From assembly GCA_000182565.2 (NCBI GenBank), contig KQ257452.1: a DNA stretch of 64,000 bases. One strand, written 5' to 3'. Both the position numbers and the translations under genes were made by a program. This document shows, piece by piece, positions 58,655-64,000 of the stretch. The notes under the pieces are model-generated. The model did no database searches. It saw nothing but the letters and a program-made list of their open reading frames with translations, and was not told the origin of the DNA. The DNA is from Spizellomyces punctatus DAOM BR117. Lineage: Eukaryota. How positions within the stretch are numbered: position 1 is the first letter of the stretch; each line of letters opens with the position of its first letter.

Positions 58655-59156
58655 ACCCAGAGCAGTCCCAGTAGCCTCTATTGCACCTCCGGGTACAGCA
58701 CCTTGACCCCGCCGTAAGTACCAAAGACAGGGCCAAAGAGCTATGGCAGCTCCCGTTTACTAGAGGAAAGGTACTTTTTGTACAGGTTCATTTGCCTTGT
58801 CCCTTTCAGTTGGGAGAAGTAGAAGTAGAACATGTAGCATTTTCATTGTACAGTTTTTTCAAAATTATTGAAAATATCATGCTTAAAGCGTGCTAAGCGC
58901 GATATGCTTGAACAGCAGCATTCTTGTGCGAAAGCCATTTCGCTTCCTGAATTGTGATTTCTTCTGGTTGCGATTTTGAGTCTTACACGACGTGCCGAAC
59001 AACCACCTTGACACACAAGCACCCCACATTCTCTTCCGACTTTAGAACCTCCCGTTCCTCCGACCTTTCACGCGTAAACGGGTTGGTGATCGTCAACTGA
59101 CAGCGTGCACACCGCCAGCATTTCGCGTGTTGCCTTTCTAGCGAACCCGGAGCGCC

Positions 59157-61111
59157 ATGCTGAGCGGGTTTTTTATATTCAACGTGAAGGGAGAAGTGCT
59201 GATATCGCGACTGTATCGGCCTGACGTAAAGTGAGTTGTAGGCATGGGTGGGAGTGGCCGTAAGAGTAGAGGACACACTGGGAAACTGGCAAAACAACTC
59301 GGTGGGGCACAGGAAAGCAACCACGCCAGTGCCCAGTGCGGAAGCATGAAGTACACAAAGTACCTTGAATACGTTGGTCGGAATTGCACAGGAAATGAAC
59401 AAGCGTTGCAATGTGTTTGAGGTTTATATACGTTGGCAAGAAAATAACGTTGGTCCCAAGGCGTTCTGTTGCAGATGTCTTCCGAATCCAAGTGGTATCC
59501 TCTACCGATGTCCGCTCGCCCATTACCACACTCGGAAGCATGTCATTCTTCCACGTTCGACACGAAAACATGTACCTTGTAGGCGTAACGAAGATTAACG
59601 CCAATGCTGCGCTGGTGTTTGAGTTTTTGTACAAAGTCGTCAACCTGGGACGAAGTTATTTTGGAAAGTTCGATGAAGACGCCGTGAAGAGCAATTTCAC
59701 TTTGATATATGAGTTGTTGGATGGTAAAGTGCCGTCTCCACGTCCCTACTTTTGTTTCGTGATTCGAGGAAACGAGTGTTTTGCGTCTTGCTAACTTTTT
59801 TCTCTCTCCTAAAGAGATATGCGACTTTGGATTCCCCCAAAACACGGAGGCTGAAACGCTCAAACTCTATATAACAACGGAAGGCGTGCGATCAGAGAAA
59901 GCAATGGTCAGTTTTTTTGCTTGCATTTATGGACCAATGCGAGGATGATGGCTAATGCAACGCAACATTCCGTTTTTGACAGAAGGAGGAGGGGTCAAAG
60001 ATTGCCATCCAGGCGACAGGCGCGGTGGCATGGCGCAGGCCAGATATAAAATACCGAAAGAACGAGGCCTTCGTTGATGTGGTGGAAAGTGTTAATCTCT
60101 TGATGAGTGCAAAAGGTACGTAAAGAAACCGGAATCAACTGGTTCTGACTGCCTTGGCTAACTTTACACCAGGAACTGTACTTCGAGCAGACGTTTCAGG
60201 CCAAATTTTGATGCGAGCATATCTGTCTGGGATGCCAGAGTGCAAGTTTGGTCTTAATGACAAGGTCTTGCTGGAAAAGGAAGGAAAGCTTGGTACCGCT
60301 ACTGCAGCGATGCCAGGAGGCGGAAAACGATCTACCGGAGCGGTAGAGCTCGATGATTGTCAATTCCATCAATGTGTCAAGCTTGGAAATTTTGAAAGGG
60401 ATAGGACGATAAACTTCATCCCGCCAGATGGCGAGTGCGAATTGATGAAGTATCGAACCACCGAGAACATTAACCTACCATTCCGAGTGCATGCAGTAGT
60501 AGTGGAACTGTCAAAGAATCGCATGGAATTCAAAGTATCAGTGCGATCCCAATTCACGGGCAAAATATTTGCGCAGAACGTGCAGCTCAAAATACCAGTG
60601 CCGACAAATACCAGTGGAGCAAAGTGCTTGGTAACTGCTGGAAAGGCAAAATACGTCGGGAGCGAAAATGCGCTCGTTTGGAAGTACGTGTTTTGTTCCC
60701 AGCATTTTGGACATGGTCACCCATATTAATTGGCATGATGATTAGAATATCACGATTCCAAGGGCAACAAGAATACCTACTCAGCGCGGAAGCCGAACTG
60801 ACTCCAACTACTAATAAGAAGGCATGGTCGCGGCCACCGATCTCGATGGACTTTCAGGTGAGTGTGTGTTATTACGTTCTTCAGTGGCGCATACATACGC
60901 TGAAGCCATCATTTCACTTTTTAGGTCTTGATGTTCACGGCTTCCGGCCTCATGGTTCGGTTCTTGAAAATATTCGAAAAGAGCAATTACCCAAGTGTGA
61001 AATGGGTACGCTATATGACGAAACCTGGGACCTACCAGATTAGGGTAAGACGAACGCAATGTTTCCTTAGAATACAGTGACACTAACGCCCGCCCTGCAC
61101 CGTAGTTTTAA
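59157..61111 (+). CDS. AP2M1: AP-2 adaptor complex mu subunit (multi-exon)
   Basis: [103 protein letters not shown]. Confidence 0.95.
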
Positions 61112-61428
61112 GATCTTGCGGTTGGTACTGCAATATACAGTCGTACCCCAGCCGGGCTATGTACGGTACTATTGTGTCATCACAGTAGGCGTTATTGGAA
61201 AATCGTAGTTAAAATGATCATAAACAAACAGGATGGTTGCAGTTTATAATTTCAAATAATAAGCGGAAGTCACCTTCCCTAATTTGCCTCATGGCATGCA
61301 TTGTATACAGAACACAACATTTTTATCTAAATAGACTAATAACAGATCTTACGGTTGATCGAGATCGCTCAGTTGGACTGGCTCTTCTCGCACAATTCAA
61401 ACGGATCTGATTGGGGAAAATCTGGCGT

Positions 61429-62637
61429 TCATTCGAATAGGAATGGAGAGTAGATTTGAGTACCGCTTTCGCGATCATGTAAGACGTGGTGCCAAAAGGT
61501 ACCTGCAATGGTTTCCAAGTTATCAGTCGGGTATGAGTGGGATACGGCAGTCATCGAGGCGAGGTATCCATTATTGAAGCTGCTGTCATCAAGTGGTAGG
61601 TGGAATGCTATAGGATTCGCCATAGGTTCTCCTTCTGCAGCACCAGCCACTCGATTTGGCGGCGATACTTGATTGAGTGATTCGGATACGTTGGGCGATG
61701 CGTCCCCGGCTGTTGATGGATGGGGACTGCCAGCCGTTCTTCTATCAAGCGCACTGTGCTCGAATGATGGGGATTTGATGGGGACAACAACGCTTGGAAG
61801 GGATACTTTCCCAGTTTCATGTAAAGGTGGATGAACTCCTTTATCCCCACTTTCTGAAGTTGATGAAATAGAAGAAATTGACAGTCGTGCTTTCTTTGTT
61901 GAGCTTTCCTTGCGTTTCTTCAGGGGGGTATATTTGTAGTCGGGATATCGGAGCATGTGTTCTTTGCGTCCCATTTCGGCTTTCTTGCGGTAATACTCTT
62001 TGACTGCTTCTGGCTCATTTCTCCACATTTCTCCAATAATGACTGAGATATCCTTGTTGTTTGCGCCTGCGTGTTTCGCGAGGACCTCGTGCTGCTTTTC
62101 CATGCGATCTGGTACACATCAATATGATAAGTAAGCGCGCATTCAGACGAATGCGTTTCAATACTTACACGTCATAAAGGAGTTTGCTGGGCGTGGTATT
62201 CGTTTAGGAGCAGCAGGCTTGGGATTTGTGGACACAAGGTATGATGGAAAGCCATATTGTGTTGTCGGAAATGAGGTTACGGGGTGGGGTGCAGAAGGGA
62301 CCATTACGGGGGTATACCCTTCCGGCACCAAAACGAGCTGCTGTCCGGCAGTACTGTATACGTGCCGTGCGGGTAAGACTTGAGGTGCTCCCGGCTGGGG
62401 TACGAGAGGTCCTGGCTGTTGATACATTTGCATTGTGGGTAGCGTTTGCATCGGCGCTATGGACGCTGGGGCACCACCCGCCATATGACGCTGCACTTGT
62501 GCCATCATCATTGGGTCGTTTATAGAGTACCCCGTCATTGGTGGAGTCTGCTGGTATACTACTGCAGGCGTTGGCTGAAGAGCGGGTTCAGAAGATCGCA
62601 AGTAAGAATATGTGTTTGGGATGGTCACGAACGGCAT
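61429..62637 (-). CDS. HMG-box transcription factor (MATA_HMG/SOX-like), intron within the box
   Basis: KRIPRPANSFMT|YRMEKQHEVLAKHAGANNKDISVIIGEMWRNEPEAVKEYYRKKAEMGRKEHMLRYPDYKYTP; Pro/Gln/Met-rich N-terminus. Confidence 0.88.
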
Positions 62638-64000
62638 AACTGCTCCGGCTGACCAAAATCGAAGGCGACTGTGGGAGATGGGTGTGTAATCAATTCGGTA
62701 ATCTCGCACGCCAATGAGCAGTAATTAATTGAAAGGAGACAGGGAAGGAGTATGTGTTTAATCTGGTAAAATCTTACTGCGCTGCACTGCGCACGGCGTG
62801 TCCGTCTTGCGTACTATGGAGCACGTCTCCTTTAATGCATCAAAGGCATTAACGGGGCTATGTCTTGCTTTTATGTTCATACCAGCGGATGTCTCACGCA
62901 ATTGGTACTGATGGCATGGTAAACATTGTGATTTAGGGTAGGGGTCGGAAGACAACTGGGACAGCTGCTGCGCGGCGGAACTACCGAGGGCGCACTTACC
63001 TAATCACACTATTGTTCTGGAGCCACGGCCGTGTTCTGATACCTGGGTCTCCCAGCTGTCCCGAAAGCCGCAGTTGCGTCTGGGGAACTATGGTGCCCGT
63101 AACCGGAAACGTCAGTCGTTCCCCACGAGGAATATGCTGCTATACAAGTGATGGGCGTTGTCATCTCCTTGCATGCTTCTACCAAGAAATCGGAACCAAC
63201 GAGACTGAACACGAGGGATGTTTATGCCCTTCAATTGAATTGTGCTAGAAGAATGGTTCCAAAGGGGTCTTCAGGCGTCAACTCTGCAAAGGCAAAGAGG
63301 GTTCCGTTTGTCATTCACGAAAAAACCGGAGAGCGGGACGATTATGCTTTTTGAGCTGCAAAGTTCGATATCAAGGACTTAAGGACCACTTTGTTTTAAT
63401 GAACTGAAGGAGATCCAAAGACCTGGAATTCTTGTTCTACTTGTCGCTGTCGTGTTGGATAATCATATTAATCATATTCGCATTGGCCCCAGGGTCCAGG
63501 TTTCTGAACGTTCGGAGACGTCATGCATTCAGGCCGAGACATACTGACTGAAATTGGAAGCACCGGAGTTCATCCGGTTGGCGGTGTTTAACCCTGATAA
63601 GCAGTCGCTAATGCTTACGTGCATATCACCTAAAACGTATCAACGCGCAATACGGAACGCGATGGTAGCTTTCTCCTAAATCAGACAAGCAGGTCCAGCA
63701 CAAGGGTCACATATCTAGCTAGTTTGACAGACTTGTATCAGATATGCACATCTTGTCGCACCATTCATCCAAAATATAAAACCATTAGGCACAAATAAAT
63801 TAAGAAAAAAAAAGACATCAGGTCTACTGTCGGGGAAATGGATGTTTTCCGACAGTGGAGGAAGGCAGTGATTTGACATCCACGGCTATATCTGCTGGTA
63901 AGTCTTGACAAAAGACGAGATAAATTCCGAAAGTGGGAATGAGGTATAAAAGAAAGTGACAATACCAGTTTTGCCTGGGGGATATATCGCTTGCAATGAG

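Noticed and set aside
58640-58720. C-terminal Gly-Cys-TGA as selenocysteine read-through
   Set aside because: The protein is not a redox selenoprotein family member and I saw no SECIS-like hairpin downstream; an ordinary stop is simpler.
59270-59345. Cobalamin riboswitch in the AP2M1 intron (CACTGGGAAACTGG resembles part of a B12 box; MMACHC is nearby)
   Set aside because: The other conserved cobalamin-riboswitch elements are not recognisable, and the host gene is unrelated to B12. Kept only as a generic structured intron.

Overview
Gene-dense eukaryotic window with many short GT-AG introns, most consistent with a zoosporic (chytrid-type) fungus. This is inferred from flagellar genes (IFT46, CDK20/CCRK, a PG-repeat protein) plus POLQ, XRCC3 and an MMACHC-like gene, several of which are absent from yeasts. 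I spliced 21 protein-coding genes by eye: WSD-domain chromatin factor (3' part), lipid-anchor orphan, SMC6, importin-beta4, ankyrin-CCCH protein, a ~1570-aa disordered protein, CDK20, VPS16, homeodomain TF, CUE/MIU-IFT46, PPR protein, DUF5092-like membrane protein, MIOS/SEA4, PG-repeat protein, CENP-X, PSMG1, XRCC3, POLQ, MMACHC-like, secreted His-brace protein, AP-2 mu, and an HMG-box TF. I recognised no rRNA, tRNA, CRISPR array or transposase. The best leads are: an apparent in-frame fusion of a CUE domain and three MIU-like ubiquitin-binding motifs to IFT46; a structured AP2M1 intron whose hairpin contains a sequence complementary to its own 5' splice site; an unexplained multi-hairpin intergenic element at ~21.5 kb; a small LPMO-like secreted protein; and a TCACGTG motif shared by several short divergent promoters. 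All family calls come from motif recognition, not database searches, and exon boundaries are manual estimates.
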